Assembly: GCA_036378495.1 (NCBI GenBank)
Contig: DASUWI010000129.1
Coordinates: 1,172-65,171, forward strand
DNA: 64,000 nt
Source of the DNA: Candidatus Dormiibacterota bacterium
GTDB taxonomy: Bacteria > Chloroflexota > Dormibacteria > Aeolococcales > Aeolococcaceae
Reading direction: 5' to 3'
Shown here piece after piece: positions 1 through 9,010 of this stretch. Below the pieces are notes generated by a model that ran no database searches, was not told where the DNA came from, and saw only the letters and a program-made list of their open reading frames with translations. Each line of letters starts with the position of its first letter. Positions within the stretch are counted from its first letter, which is position 1. Position numbers and translations under genes: made by a program.

Positions 1-616
1 GGTGAAGCGCTCTCGCAGTTCGATGAGCAGGTCGCACAGCAGGCTGAATGGGCGCGTATCCCCCGCGGCAGCTGCGTCCGTCATCAGAGCGATGGTGAAA
101 TCCTTCGCTGCATCAACGACATCGCTCTGGTTGCCGGCGATGCCGAGACGCACCGCCGTTGCCAGAGCTCGGGTCGCGTATCCGCGGGCGAGGTTGTCGC
201 CGGATTCCAACGAGAAAAGGATGCGCGCCCACTCGAGCGCTGCCTGGGCAGCAGCGCCAACGTGGCGGCGGTGTTCCGGAGTGCCGCGTTGCCACAGGTA
301 GTCGCCGATCTGCATCCGGATCCGTGGACTTGGCGACGTCATCCGCACGGCCAACAGGTCGATCACTTCCGCGTCCGGAGCGAGGAGGTCCCACGGGATA
401 GCGCCGAAGATCGCAGCTTCAAGCCCGAGTGCGCGAACCTCGGTGTTCGTGTCCCCAAGCGCGGCGGCAGCAGCCTCGTAGTAGGTGTTGAGGTGTGTGA
501 AGAGCTCGACATCGGAGATAGAAGGATCACTGGCCGCGACATCACGCGCGGCAGGATCGAGCGGCGGCTGCGCGTCAGCGCTCGCGTCGGTCGTCAAGTC
601 CTGCTCGGGAATCGTT
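1..616 (-). CDS. Hypothetical protein, partial (C-terminus runs past window start); co-oriented directly downstream of the Type I RM operon
   Basis: Stop-free minus-strand frame from a GTG at ~616-614 (just after an in-frame TAG) to position 1. It is absent from the ORF track because it has no ATG. The translation (…ELFTHLNTYYEAAAAALGDTNTEVRALGLEAAIFG…) has protein-like composition. Local GC (~63%) is below the flanking chromosome. Confidence 0.35.
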
Positions 617-678
617 GATACCACCGTGGGGTTCGACTAGGAATGCACTCCGACCACCACAGGGTGATCGTTTACAGC

Positions 679-1758
679 CTACGCTGTGGCCGATCCGCGC
701 GTCGCCCTTTCAACCGCCTCTGCCCACTGGAGGCGCGCGTAAAAGTGCGAGCACCACGCTGCTCTCGTCTCGTCGTCTTTGTCGGCGAACTCGTCGGCGA
801 GAAACTCGAAGCGCTCGAAGGTGCCCTCCCAGCCAGGCTGCATGTAGTTCTGGGTCATGAAGACGGAATCAAGCGCGCACGTGATGTCGAACGACCAGGG
901 ATCGAGCAACAGCGGCTGCTGCTGATCCAGCGCAAGCGCGTCGAGCAGCGTGTCCACCGATTCGCGGCAGGGTATGCGCGCAAGCGCAAGGCAGCACGCT
1001 TGACCCGGCAAGCCGACCGGGCGGTCCAACAGTAGCGAGCGCACCCGCCTGAGGAACTGTCGGCGCCTCGTGATCGCAATGAACGTAACGCCTACCAGGC
1101 ATTCCTTCTGCCCTCCCGTGGCGAGCAGTGCCTCGATGTCAGCGTCGGTCGCGCGGTACGCGAGCCGACCCAACTCGTAGTCAACGTCGCGTAGGCGCAC
1201 CTCGTCCGCGGGGTAGCGTGGTATGTCCCACAGCGCGTCCCAGCACGGCTCGACCCAAGATTCCGCCAGGGTGCTGTTGGCGATGTAGGGCCTCGCACGT
1301 ACCGCCGCGCGCATGTGAAGGAGCCGACCTCGCACCTCGTTGGCGATGCGGGTCCCGGCCAGGAAGAGGTTCGGCATGGCCCCTTCCACCCAGTGATCGT
1401 AGCGATAGAGGTAGAACAAGCTCTGCCACAGGACGTAGGTCTCGCCGGGCACGGGATCGTCGGGGTCGCCATTGTTGACCCGCTCGAGCAGCGGCTCCAT
1501 GCGAGCAGCATCCGTGCTGCTGCCGTACTCGGCGTTACGCGCGAAGAGGATCAGCCGTGCATAGCGGGGCCAGTACGTGTCCGGGGACCACAGATTCTCG
1601 AGGCTCTGCCATGACAAGGCGCCGTCGAGGTTGTGAATCTGCCCTCCTCCGAGTAGACCCACGCTCGGGAGCGTGAAGGGGTCCAAGTTGTTGGACTCGT
1701 TTCGGAGAAACGCACCATCGCGCAGCGCCTGCGCTTCCGCTCCTGGCAGGGCTGCCAC
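679..1758 (-). CDS. Hypothetical protein (359 aa, Trp/Tyr-rich, no recognisable motif), 120 bp downstream of hsdR on the same strand
   Basis: Long minus-strand ORF with balanced amino-acid composition. It is co-directional with hsdM-hsdS-hsdR, and the overlapping antisense ORFs are Arg/Pro-rich junk. Confidence 0.5.
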   Translation of the reverse strand: MAALPGAEAQALRDGAFLRNESNNLDPFTLPSVGLLGGGQIHNLDGALSWQSLENLWSPDTYWPRYARLILFARNAEYGSSTDAARMEPLLERVNNGDPDDPVPGETYVLWQSLFYLYRYDHWVEGAMPNLFLAGTRIANEVRGRLLHMRAAVRARPYIANSTLAESWVEPCWDALWDIPRYPADEVRLRDVDYELGRLAYRATDADIEALLATGGQKECLVGVTFIAITRRRQFLRRVRSLLLDRPVGLPGQACCLALARIPCRESVDTLLDALALDQQQPLLLDPWSFDITCALDSVFMTQNYMQPGWEGTFERFEFLADEFADKDDETRAAWCSHFYARLQWAEAVERATRGSATA

Positions 1759-1880
1759 GTAGTCGCGGATATCTTCGAAATTCTTGATGACCCAATCCTA
1801 CGGGTCGGCCCGCCAACGGGCCCCGTTTTGAGACGAGCTCGACACACAGCCCCGGGCTTTGAGTGCTCGCGGCGGAGACC

Positions 1881-4800
1881 TCAGTAATTCTCGTGAATGT
1901 AGGCGTACGCTTTGTCGAAGAGTTCGCCGGTGGTTGGGAGCCCGTATTTGTGCAGCACGTTCCGCACTTCGCGGCGCACCAGACGGTCACCGGTCTGAGT
2001 TGTCTCCCAACCGTCAAAGCTCACCTGGCGCACGATGGTGTCGATGTCGTTGACGACGTTCTCGATGATCACCGGCGTATCTGGGGGTGCGTATTCCTTG
2101 AAGATCTGGGTGAGAGCGCCGACGTTGGGATCGGGCAGGAGATTCAGCGCGCCGGCGTCGTCGGCCTTCTCTGCTGCGGTCACCTCCGTGGCAAGGTCCA
2201 GTAGCTGCTTGAGAAAGTCCTGCGACGCCTTGGCCTGCTGAACCTGGGCCAGGCGGAGGCGTTCCAGCCTTGCCGAAAGCGCCACGAACACGTGGTGATG
2301 GCCGCTGCTTTCGATGCGGCGCTGGATCCGAGCGGCAATAGTGTCGAGGGCCTCGGCGACGGTGAGCGGCTCGGTCGGGTTGGCGACATCCGTATTGGGC
2401 AGCGCGAGCTGACGGATCGCTTCGATGGTCGCCTCATCGACGATCACGTCGTCGAGGGCGGTGGGACGTACGCGCACACCGGAGATATGGCCATGTACGA
2501 GCTCGAGCGTCTTTTGCCCGAGGCGCTGCCAGAGGAGAGCATCGGACACGCCGGTGGGCTTGACGGATTCGTAGACCTTGGCCAGCCAACGGTAGTCATC
2601 CCGATATGGATCGAGGGCGCTGCTTGGCGACAAGAACTCCCACAGGCCCTCGCAGTGCATGAACTCGTGAGCAAAGTCCTCTCGTTGCGGGCCCTGAGGA
2701 ATACGTTGCTGCGCAGCGTGGAGAGCCGCGAACGAGAAGTCGGTGCGATCGATGCCGTCGAAACGCGAGAGCGCCACCGCGATCGCTGCTTCGAGCTCGG
2801 TTACGAGCCCCTCGACATCGACGGGCCGGCGCCCGCCGAACTCGGGATCGGCCGCTTTCAACGCTGCCGCGATGTCGTTGCCAAGGCCGACGTAGTCCAC
2901 GATGAGGCCGAAGAGTTTCTCTTGCCCGGTGAACGGGTTGGTCCAGCGCCTGTTGGTGCGCGTGATTGCCTGGAACAGGGTGTGCAGCCGCAGCGGCTTG
3001 TCGAGGTACATAACGCCCTCAATGGGCGCGTTGAAGCCTGTCAGCAGCTTGGAGGTGACGATGAGGAACGCCAGAGGGTCGGACGGGTCGCTGAACCGCG
3101 CCTTGAGGGCGGCTTCTTGGTCGCTGGTGAGGCCAAAGCGATCGCGCCACTCCGGCGGCTCCGACTTCGTGGTGCTCGTGGTCATGACCACCGCAGCTTC
3201 GAGATCGACCCTTGCTTGCTCCAGGATGCGGGTGATTTCGTCGAAGTAGAGAACGCAGAGCTGGCGATCGAAGGCGACGACCTGAGCCTTGAGACCCAGG
3301 GGCGCGACCTTAGTGAGGTAGTGCTCAACGATATCGGTGCACACCTTGCGCACGCGCTCTGGATTGCGCATGATCGTCTGCGCTCGCGCCGCTCGCTCCG
3401 AAAGCAGTTCGCGCTCCTCGTCGCTGAGGCTCTCCTCGTCGGCCATCGCGGCGAAGGCGTCATCGAGCGACTCGCGATCGACGTGGTACTCGACAAGGCG
3501 ACCTTCAACGTGGATGGGGACGGATGACCCATCCGTGATGGAGCGCTCCATCGAGTACTGGTTGAGCACCCACCCGGGATCGTCCTCTTCGCCAAAGAGC
3601 TTGAATGTGTTGCGATTTAGGTCCGCGATCGGCGTCCCGGTCAGCCCGAAGAACTGTGCCTGGGGAAGGGCCGTGCGCATGTCGGTGCCGAGACGACCCT
3701 CTTGGGTGCGATGCGCTTCATCGACCATCACGATGATGTTCGACCGGTTGTTGAGAAAGCCGGCGCCTTCGAAACGAAAGATCGTGGTTACGATGATCCC
3801 GCGCTCGTCTTGCGCGAGCATTCTGCGGAGGTCTTCCTTGGTTGCGGCGACGCGGAGTGTGGGCAGACCAACGGTCGTGAACTGGCGAACCGTCTGCTCG
3901 ACCAGCTCGATGCGATCCAGCACCATGAGGACGGTGGGACCACCGACGGATTCGTCGTTGAGCAACTTCAGGGCCGCGAATGCCATGAGCAGTGTCTTGC
4001 CGCTGCCCTGGTAGTGCCAGAGCAATCCCCGCTGTCGAGTCGGGTCCTTGACGCGGGCGTAGATTGCATCAGCGCCTTCGACTTGCGGATACCGAGGGAT
4101 GAGCTTGACATGGGTCGGCTTGCCATTGACGAGAGGCCGGTCGTACAGCGTGAAGTCGCGGAGAATCGCGAGCAGCTGCGCCGGATGGAGTAGTAGCTCG
4201 ACCGAGCGCATCACGCGTTCCGCTTGATCGAGATCGTAGGGGTCCTCGGTCGAGCCCCACATGAGCCACTCCTGTGGGAGCTGCCGAACGGCGCCGTAGT
4301 GGAATTCACGCCCTTCAGTGGCGAAACTCAGGATGTTCGGGACGAAGAAACTGGGCCACTCCGTTTCGTAGACGTTGTGAATGTCGTTGGCGCCAGTAAG
4401 CCAGCTCTCCTTCGCATTGACCGGGCTTTTGGTCTCACCCGGTACGACCGGAAGCCCGTTGATCCAGAGGACGATGTCAAAACGGCGCGCTTTCGGTCCG
4501 ACGCCGATGGTCACCTGGTTCGAGACCACAAAGCGGTTATTGCTGAGGTCGTCGAAGTCGATCAGGTGAACAGGGACGTAGGCGTCGGTGCCCATGTACT
4601 TGTGCGTACGCGCGCCGCGCATCCAGGTAACCATGCGCTCGTTCGCCGCAACGAGGCCATCCGTGTTGGCCGACAGGACGACCGCGCGAAGAATTGGCAA
4701 GATTTCGTCGACGCGAGACGGCACCGCTCGAGTTTCCGGGTTGAGGCGCAGCAGGGCGTCGATGAGATCCGACTCGATCAGGACACCGTCGGTGGTGCGG

Positions 4801-4901
4801 TTGAGCGAGGGGCCGTGAATGTAGATCCAGCCGAGGTCGGGCTGTGAAAGCCGCTCGATGATCGCCGGCTCAATGGTCGAGGCTTCGGTGAAACCGGTCA
4901 T
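1881..4901 (-). CDS. hsdR: Type I restriction enzyme R subunit (HsdR), SF2 helicase/endonuclease
   Basis: 1006 aa. Walker A (YQGSGKT) and DEAH-box (MVDEAH) motifs. It overlaps the hsdS stop, as is typical for hsdMSR operons. Confidence 0.9.
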   Translation of the reverse strand: MTGFTEASTIEPAIIERLSQPDLGWIYIHGPSLNRTTDGVLIESDLIDALLRLNPETRAVPSRVDEILPILRAVVLSANTDGLVAANERMVTWMRGARTHKYMGTDAYVPVHLIDFDDLSNNRFVVSNQVTIGVGPKARRFDIVLWINGLPVVPGETKSPVNAKESWLTGANDIHNVYETEWPSFFVPNILSFATEGREFHYGAVRQLPQEWLMWGSTEDPYDLDQAERVMRSVELLLHPAQLLAILRDFTLYDRPLVNGKPTHVKLIPRYPQVEGADAIYARVKDPTRQRGLLWHYQGSGKTLLMAFAALKLLNDESVGGPTVLMVLDRIELVEQTVRQFTTVGLPTLRVAATKEDLRRMLAQDERGIIVTTIFRFEGAGFLNNRSNIIVMVDEAHRTQEGRLGTDMRTALPQAQFFGLTGTPIADLNRNTFKLFGEEDDPGWVLNQYSMERSITDGSSVPIHVEGRLVEYHVDRESLDDAFAAMADEESLSDEERELLSERAARAQTIMRNPERVRKVCTDIVEHYLTKVAPLGLKAQVVAFDRQLCVLYFDEITRILEQARVDLEAAVVMTTSTTKSEPPEWRDRFGLTSDQEAALKARFSDPSDPLAFLIVTSKLLTGFNAPIEGVMYLDKPLRLHTLFQAITRTNRRWTNPFTGQEKLFGLIVDYVGLGNDIAAALKAADPEFGGRRPVDVEGLVTELEAAIAVALSRFDGIDRTDFSFAALHAAQQRIPQGPQREDFAHEFMHCEGLWEFLSPSSALDPYRDDYRWLAKVYESVKPTGVSDALLWQRLGQKTLELVHGHISGVRVRPTALDDVIVDEATIEAIRQLALPNTDVANPTEPLTVAEALDTIAARIQRRIESSGHHHVFVALSARLERLRLAQVQQAKASQDFLKQLLDLATEVTAAEKADDAGALNLLPDPNVGALTQIFKEYAPPDTPVIIENVVNDIDTIVRQVSFDGWETTQTGDRLVRREVRNVLHKYGLPTTGELFDKAYAYIHENY

Positions 4902-6093
4902 TCGGCTTCCGATCCCCTAGGATCGATCCCAACTCCGCGAACTGAGTCCAACAGTGAGGAAAGAAAAGCTCCGCGGAACACCGCAAAAGATCGTCGAAGC
5001 CTTGTCGCCACCTGTTCATGAGTCCGCAAAACGTCAATAAGGCGGGCGAATCGCTCTTGAAGGGCGAGGGGTGAACCGGAATACGTAGGTTGTTGATCAG
5101 GTCTTGATTCAGAGAAGGAACCGCTCCACTCTGGACAATGTCTGAAAGCGAAGTGGCTTCAAGAAACGCAAGAAGGTAGCCCGGGACGAGATCAGGCCCA
5201 GGAATAACCGCAAGATGATTCTCGTCGCACGCAGCCTCGGTCAGCAGCATGCGCTTCTTTTCAGTCCTGACCGCAGCACCTACGCGCGGCAGGGCCACGC
5301 TCCCCGCGGGCAGCAGTCGCGCACCCCTCTTTTCGAGGAGGTCTCGTGATACGCAAGTTGCAGCCAGGCTATAGCCGTACTCGTTTTCCGGCGACGTCAT
5401 ATCGGAGATCTTGAACCACGATATGGGGCCGCTTTTTGTCCCGGATATCGCAAGCGGTAGGCTGTTCCCCTGCGTGATCCTAGCTACCGAATTGAGCGCG
5501 ACCGAGGGGGTCTTACCTGAACGAAACCATTCACGGGCCAGTGCGGACCGCGCTTGAGATGCCGCCTTGATAGCTCTGGTGATGCTGGCGCCGTACGCGT
5601 CTGCTGCGTCCACGAGGCCGACGATTCGCCGTTGTTCATCGATCGGAGGTAGGGCTAGCTGAATCGTCCGCAAGCTCACGCTGTTGAGCGTTTTGCCTTT
5701 TACGGCTCGCCCTGCGCGCTCGCCGAGATTTTGAGACTCCAAGGCGAGAGCAAGAAAGCGCCTATCAACGTCGTCTATGCTCGGCTCAAGCCATGCGATC
5801 GCTTCGTTAGGAAACAAATCGCGAGCGGCAACACCAACACGGCCTATTGTCAACTTGAAACTCAACAGCAAGCTTCCAGCAGGAACCCGCTTGGCCTTAC
5901 CCTCAGCCTCAGCTTTTGCGGTGACACCCTCCCTCTGTGGATCGATTAGTCCGCCACCCTGCATGTCGGCGATCGTGCAAAACGGCCGTGCGAGATCGCT
6001 GGTCCAGTAGGAAGGGTCGTTCCGCGGCGGCGTCCTTCCGATTGTGATGGTCGCGATGTCACCCAAGCGGACTTCGCGCGAACGGTCACTCAT
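4870..6093 (-). CDS. hsdS: Type I restriction-modification specificity subunit (HsdS), two target-recognition domains
   Basis: 407 aa. Duplicated TRD architecture with conserved HsdS repeat motifs (…LGDI..I..GRTP…YW… and …LP.G.LL.S..LTIG.V…). Overlaps hsdM by 8 nt and hsdR by ~30 nt. GC is about 50-55%, much lower than the surroundings. Confidence 0.85.
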   Translation of the reverse strand: MSDRSREVRLGDIATITIGRTPPRNDPSYWTSDLARPFCTIADMQGGGLIDPQREGVTAKAEAEGKAKRVPAGSLLLSFKLTIGRVGVAARDLFPNEAIAWLEPSIDDVDRRFLALALESQNLGERAGRAVKGKTLNSVSLRTIQLALPPIDEQRRIVGLVDAADAYGASITRAIKAASQARSALAREWFRSGKTPSVALNSVARITQGNSLPLAISGTKSGPISWFKISDMTSPENEYGYSLAATCVSRDLLEKRGARLLPAGSVALPRVGAAVRTEKKRMLLTEAACDENHLAVIPGPDLVPGYLLAFLEATSLSDIVQSGAVPSLNQDLINNLRIPVHPSPFKSDSPALLTFCGLMNRWRQGFDDLLRCSAELFFPHCWTQFAELGSILGDRKPNDRFHRSLDH

Positions 6094-7633
6094 ACCCCGC
6101 TGCCTGCAGCTGCTCGCTCAGCGACGCCTCCGCTGCGTGAAGCTCCTCTTGAGCGAGCCGTAATTCCGTGAGCGCTGACTGTACGTCCAGAGCCTCGGCA
6201 ACGCTCGCCTGCACGTAACGGGCAATGTTGAGGTCCCAGCCGTTCGCCTCGATATCGCCCAGTGATGCGGATCTCGTTCCAACGCCGATATCCGTACCCT
6301 TCTGGTATGCGGTCGCGATGGCCTCCACATCGGCGGCTAGCATCCGATTCTGGTTGCGCCCTTTGGTGAAGCGCTGCGCACCATCGACGAACAGGACATG
6401 CCCGCGCCGATCGTCGGCCTTCTTGTTCCGGAAGATGAGCAAGCACGCCGGGATCCCCGTCGAGTAGAACAAGTTTGGTGCCAGCCCGATCACGGCCTCG
6501 AGCAGATCGGATTCGACGAGCTTCTGGCGAATCCTCTGCTCGACGCCACCGCGGAACAACACCCCGTGCGGCATGACGACACCGACTCGTCCGGTGCCTT
6601 GCCGCATCGAGTACACCATGTGCTGCACCCACGCGAAGTCGCCGGTAGACGCCGGCGGGATGCCAGCGAAGGCACGCACGTCACCGACCCAGTTCTCTGC
6701 GCCCCAGTTGGCCAGCGAGAACGGGGGATTCGTGATCACAACGTCGAAGCGCTGAATGTCACCTGTCCTGGTACGAAACAGCGGATCGCGCAAGGTGTCG
6801 CCGCGTAAGATCTGAAAGTCCTCGATCTCGTGCAGATAAAGGTTCATGCGCGCGATGGCCGCGGTTGTGAGATTCACCTCCTGGCCATAGAGCTTCAAGG
6901 TCCGCGGGTCACCACCCCTCTCTCGCACTTCTTGGATGGTCTCGACGAGCATGCCGCCGGAGCCGCAAGCGGGGTCGTAGACGCTTTCTCCGGGTTGCGG
7001 TTCGAGGATGTTGACGAGCAGGCGCACTACAGCGCGCGGAGTGAAGAACTCACCTGCCTTCTTGCCTGATGCGTCAGCGAACTGCTTGAGCAGATATTCG
7101 TAGGCGGCTCCGAGTACGTCGTGCGGGACGACCTTCGGGTTGAGGGTCAACGAGTTGAACGCGTTGATCAGGTTGAGCAAGGCCGCTTCAGGGAGGCGCT
7201 CCTTGTTGCCCCACGCCACGTCGCCGAAGATGCCGGCGAGCTTGCTCGGGTTGGCGGCCTGGAGGCGATCGAGAATGAGCCCCAACTTGGAGCCCACGTT
7301 CACCGTCGCGATGCGCACATCGTTCCAGTGGCAGCCGTCAGGCACCACAAAGCGGTGGTAATCGGCTTCCTCTTCGTCGCGGACCTCGTTGCCGTAGACG
7401 GCGAGCGCCTCGGCGTGCTCGAGGTCCCAGGTGTCGGAGATCCACTTGAAGAAGAGCAGCGGGAAGATGTAGGACTTGAAGTCGGCCGGGTCTACCGGTC
7501 CGCGGAGGCTGTCCGCAGCGGCCCAGAGCCGTCGCTCCAGCTCCGCTTGGGTGAGCGTAGTCGGGGCTGGTGGAACGCCCGACGCCCCGGCCGGCTGGTT
7601 TTCATGCTTCTTCCTGGTTGTGTAGGTCGCCAC
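6086..7633 (-). CDS. hsdM: Type I RM N6-adenine DNA methyltransferase subunit (HsdM)
   Basis: 515 aa. NPPF catalytic motif (VVITNPPFSLANWG), SAM-binding fold, and N-terminal HsdM_N-like region. Confidence 0.9.
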   Translation of the reverse strand: MATYTTRKKHENQPAGASGVPPAPTTLTQAELERRLWAAADSLRGPVDPADFKSYIFPLLFFKWISDTWDLEHAEALAVYGNEVRDEEEADYHRFVVPDGCHWNDVRIATVNVGSKLGLILDRLQAANPSKLAGIFGDVAWGNKERLPEAALLNLINAFNSLTLNPKVVPHDVLGAAYEYLLKQFADASGKKAGEFFTPRAVVRLLVNILEPQPGESVYDPACGSGGMLVETIQEVRERGGDPRTLKLYGQEVNLTTAAIARMNLYLHEIEDFQILRGDTLRDPLFRTRTGDIQRFDVVITNPPFSLANWGAENWVGDVRAFAGIPPASTGDFAWVQHMVYSMRQGTGRVGVVMPHGVLFRGGVEQRIRQKLVESDLLEAVIGLAPNLFYSTGIPACLLIFRNKKADDRRGHVLFVDGAQRFTKGRNQNRMLAADVEAIATAYQKGTDIGVGTRSASLGDIEANGWDLNIARYVQASVAEALDVQSALTELRLAQEELHAAEASLSEQLQAAGYE

Positions 7634-7912
7634 GGGGCAACCCTACGGTCCCGAGCGCCTCATGGGAACACCTGCCTGCTGCTCGTCCGGCCGGGTTCGG
7701 TTGACGCGGGGGTTGCGTCGGGAAGGCGCAATCCCGCCGGCTCGGGTATTGCCAGCTCAGGCCAAGCGTCGGTCTTGAGCGCGGGAAGCCGCCCGATTTC
7801 CCTGCTGGAGTGAGTCCGATTTCGACTCAATTTCGTTACGCGGCAGGTCGTCTGGCAGCATGGATGGCGAGACAGACAAACGTCACCGCCGACCGGTGAC
7901 AGACATGAGGAT

Positions 7913-8314
7913 GTGCCAAAAATGGCTACAAATACTTCTGCTTCCGCGCGCCCGGATTCGGATGGAATCGCGCTGGCATGCCGATGCGCGACTGTCGTCG
8001 TCGATCTCGCCGACGAGATGTACGTAGCTCTCGCTCTGGACGCGCAGGTGATGACAGGTGGTGACAGACAGCTCGCGCGCGAAGTCACCAGCGTTGCCTG
8101 GGATCGTTATGCAGCCGCCAACGGTGCACCGAGTAGCGCAGAACTCTCAGAGATCCTGCGGTTGCCGTGGATCACCTTGATGCGAATGGCATTCGCGTCT
8201 CGCGCCGCAAGGATCCTTGCCCTCTGGGGCATGTACGCGGGGGGACACCTGGAGGTAGGGCATGCGTGGGGATGCCCAGCTTCGACCGCAGCGCAGCGGT
8301 CCAGCCTCAACTGA
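7913..8314 (+). CDS. Small hypothetical protein (133 aa)
   Basis: Plus-strand ORF with plausible composition between the RM operon and lexA. The antisense ORF is Ser/Arg-rich junk. No homology recognised. Confidence 0.25.
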   Translation: MPKMATNTSASARPDSDGIALACRCATVVVDLADEMYVALALDAQVMTGGDRQLAREVTSVAWDRYAAANGAPSSAELSEILRLPWITLMRMAFASRAARILALWGMYAGGHLEVGHAWGCPASTAAQRSSLN

Positions 8315-8364
8315 TGCCACAGAGTCGCTTGAGCGCGGCGGCGGCACTGGTAACACTGCCGCCG

Positions 8365-8970
8365 TCACGCCGGCTTCTGCGGCCGAATCTCGTGCTGCAC
8401 GTAGCGCACGGGACCGACGATGTAGAGAAGGCGTCCGCGGGCCCGTTGCTCGATCGGGTGGCCAGCGACGTCGGTGGTGACGTGTCCAGTAACGCGACGC
8501 ACCTGGTAAATGCGAATGTCTTTGACGTAACCGCTGGCGTTCTTGCGAATACCGTCGTGGTAGGCGAGAACGAGATCGCCCGTTTCTGCGGTTCCCAGGC
8601 GGACGAATACCAGGTCGTGGGCGGAGAACCCAACGACATCGGTGTCAAGCCGCCAAGCAACCAAGCCGGGTTCGGGTGCGACAACCCACTGCCGCGGCGA
8701 CGAGTCGAGCACCGCCGCCAGGGAGAGGCCGCTGCTGGTAAGCCCTGGGACCTTGAGCGATCCGTCGGGCAGGCGCTGCAGCCTGCCGGCGTTGATCAGG
8801 GCGTTCACGGAGCGCTGCGTGGGGCCGTGGGAGCCGTGGCCGCGACCTTTGGCCACCTGTCGCAGCGACGGAGGATGCCCATACGCAAAGGTGTAGGACG
8901 CGATGTAATTCAGCGTCGCCAGGTCGCCCGGGGTCAGCTTGGTGTCGGGCCCGGGAGGCTTGCGGGGCAC
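8365..8970 (-). CDS. lexA: LexA-family transcriptional repressor (winged-helix DNA-binding domain plus S24 peptidase domain)
   Basis: 201 aa. N-terminus LTPGDL..L.YI....YGHPPSLRQVA.G.G…VNALINAGRL matches the LexA DNA-binding domain. The C-terminus carries S24 Ser (GFSAHD) and GDLVLAYH plus Lys motifs. A near-consensus SOS box lies ~25 bp upstream of its start. Confidence 0.8.
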   Translation of the reverse strand: MPRKPPGPDTKLTPGDLATLNYIASYTFAYGHPPSLRQVAKGRGHGSHGPTQRSVNALINAGRLQRLPDGSLKVPGLTSSGLSLAAVLDSSPRQWVVAPEPGLVAWRLDTDVVGFSAHDLVFVRLGTAETGDLVLAYHDGIRKNASGYVKDIRIYQVRRVTGHVTTDVAGHPIEQRARGRLLYIVGPVRYVQHEIRPQKPA

Positions 8971-8994
8971 GCGGAGACCGTAGCCGACGCCGAA

Positions 8995-9010
8995 TCGAAC
9001 AGATGTTCTA
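8995..9010. promoter_or_regulatory. SOS box (LexA operator) TCGAACagatGTTCtA in the lexA / ORF383 divergent promoter region
   Basis: It matches the actinobacterial/Gram-positive LexA box TCGAAC-N4-GTTCGA at 11 of 12 positions, and also fits the Cheo box CGAACRNRYGTTYC. It sits between the divergent starts at 8970 (lexA) and ~9003+. Confidence 0.6.

Noticed and set aside
2292-3527. Many long ORFs (150-700 aa) antisense to or frame-shifted within hsdR, the sensor kinase, the ABC substrate-binding protein, the PLD-like gene, gpmI, pgk, gap, uvrC, ligA, pcrA, alr, asnB, groEL, tsaD, thiL, glmS, argF and others. Examples: 2292..3527, 12145..12978, 12546..13718, 13650..14987, 15537..16502, 18013..19017, 20360..21976, 22336..23637, 23460..25532, 25533..26522, 27887..29386, 29441..30601, 31150..32676, 32589..34745, 35234..36664, 36881..37885, 40049..41194, 41480..42928, 46019..47434.
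   Set aside because: Their Arg/Ala/Pro/Gly-dominated, low-complexity translations are characteristic of non-coding frames in high-GC DNA. Each overlaps a gene with strong, motif-level support on the other strand or frame.
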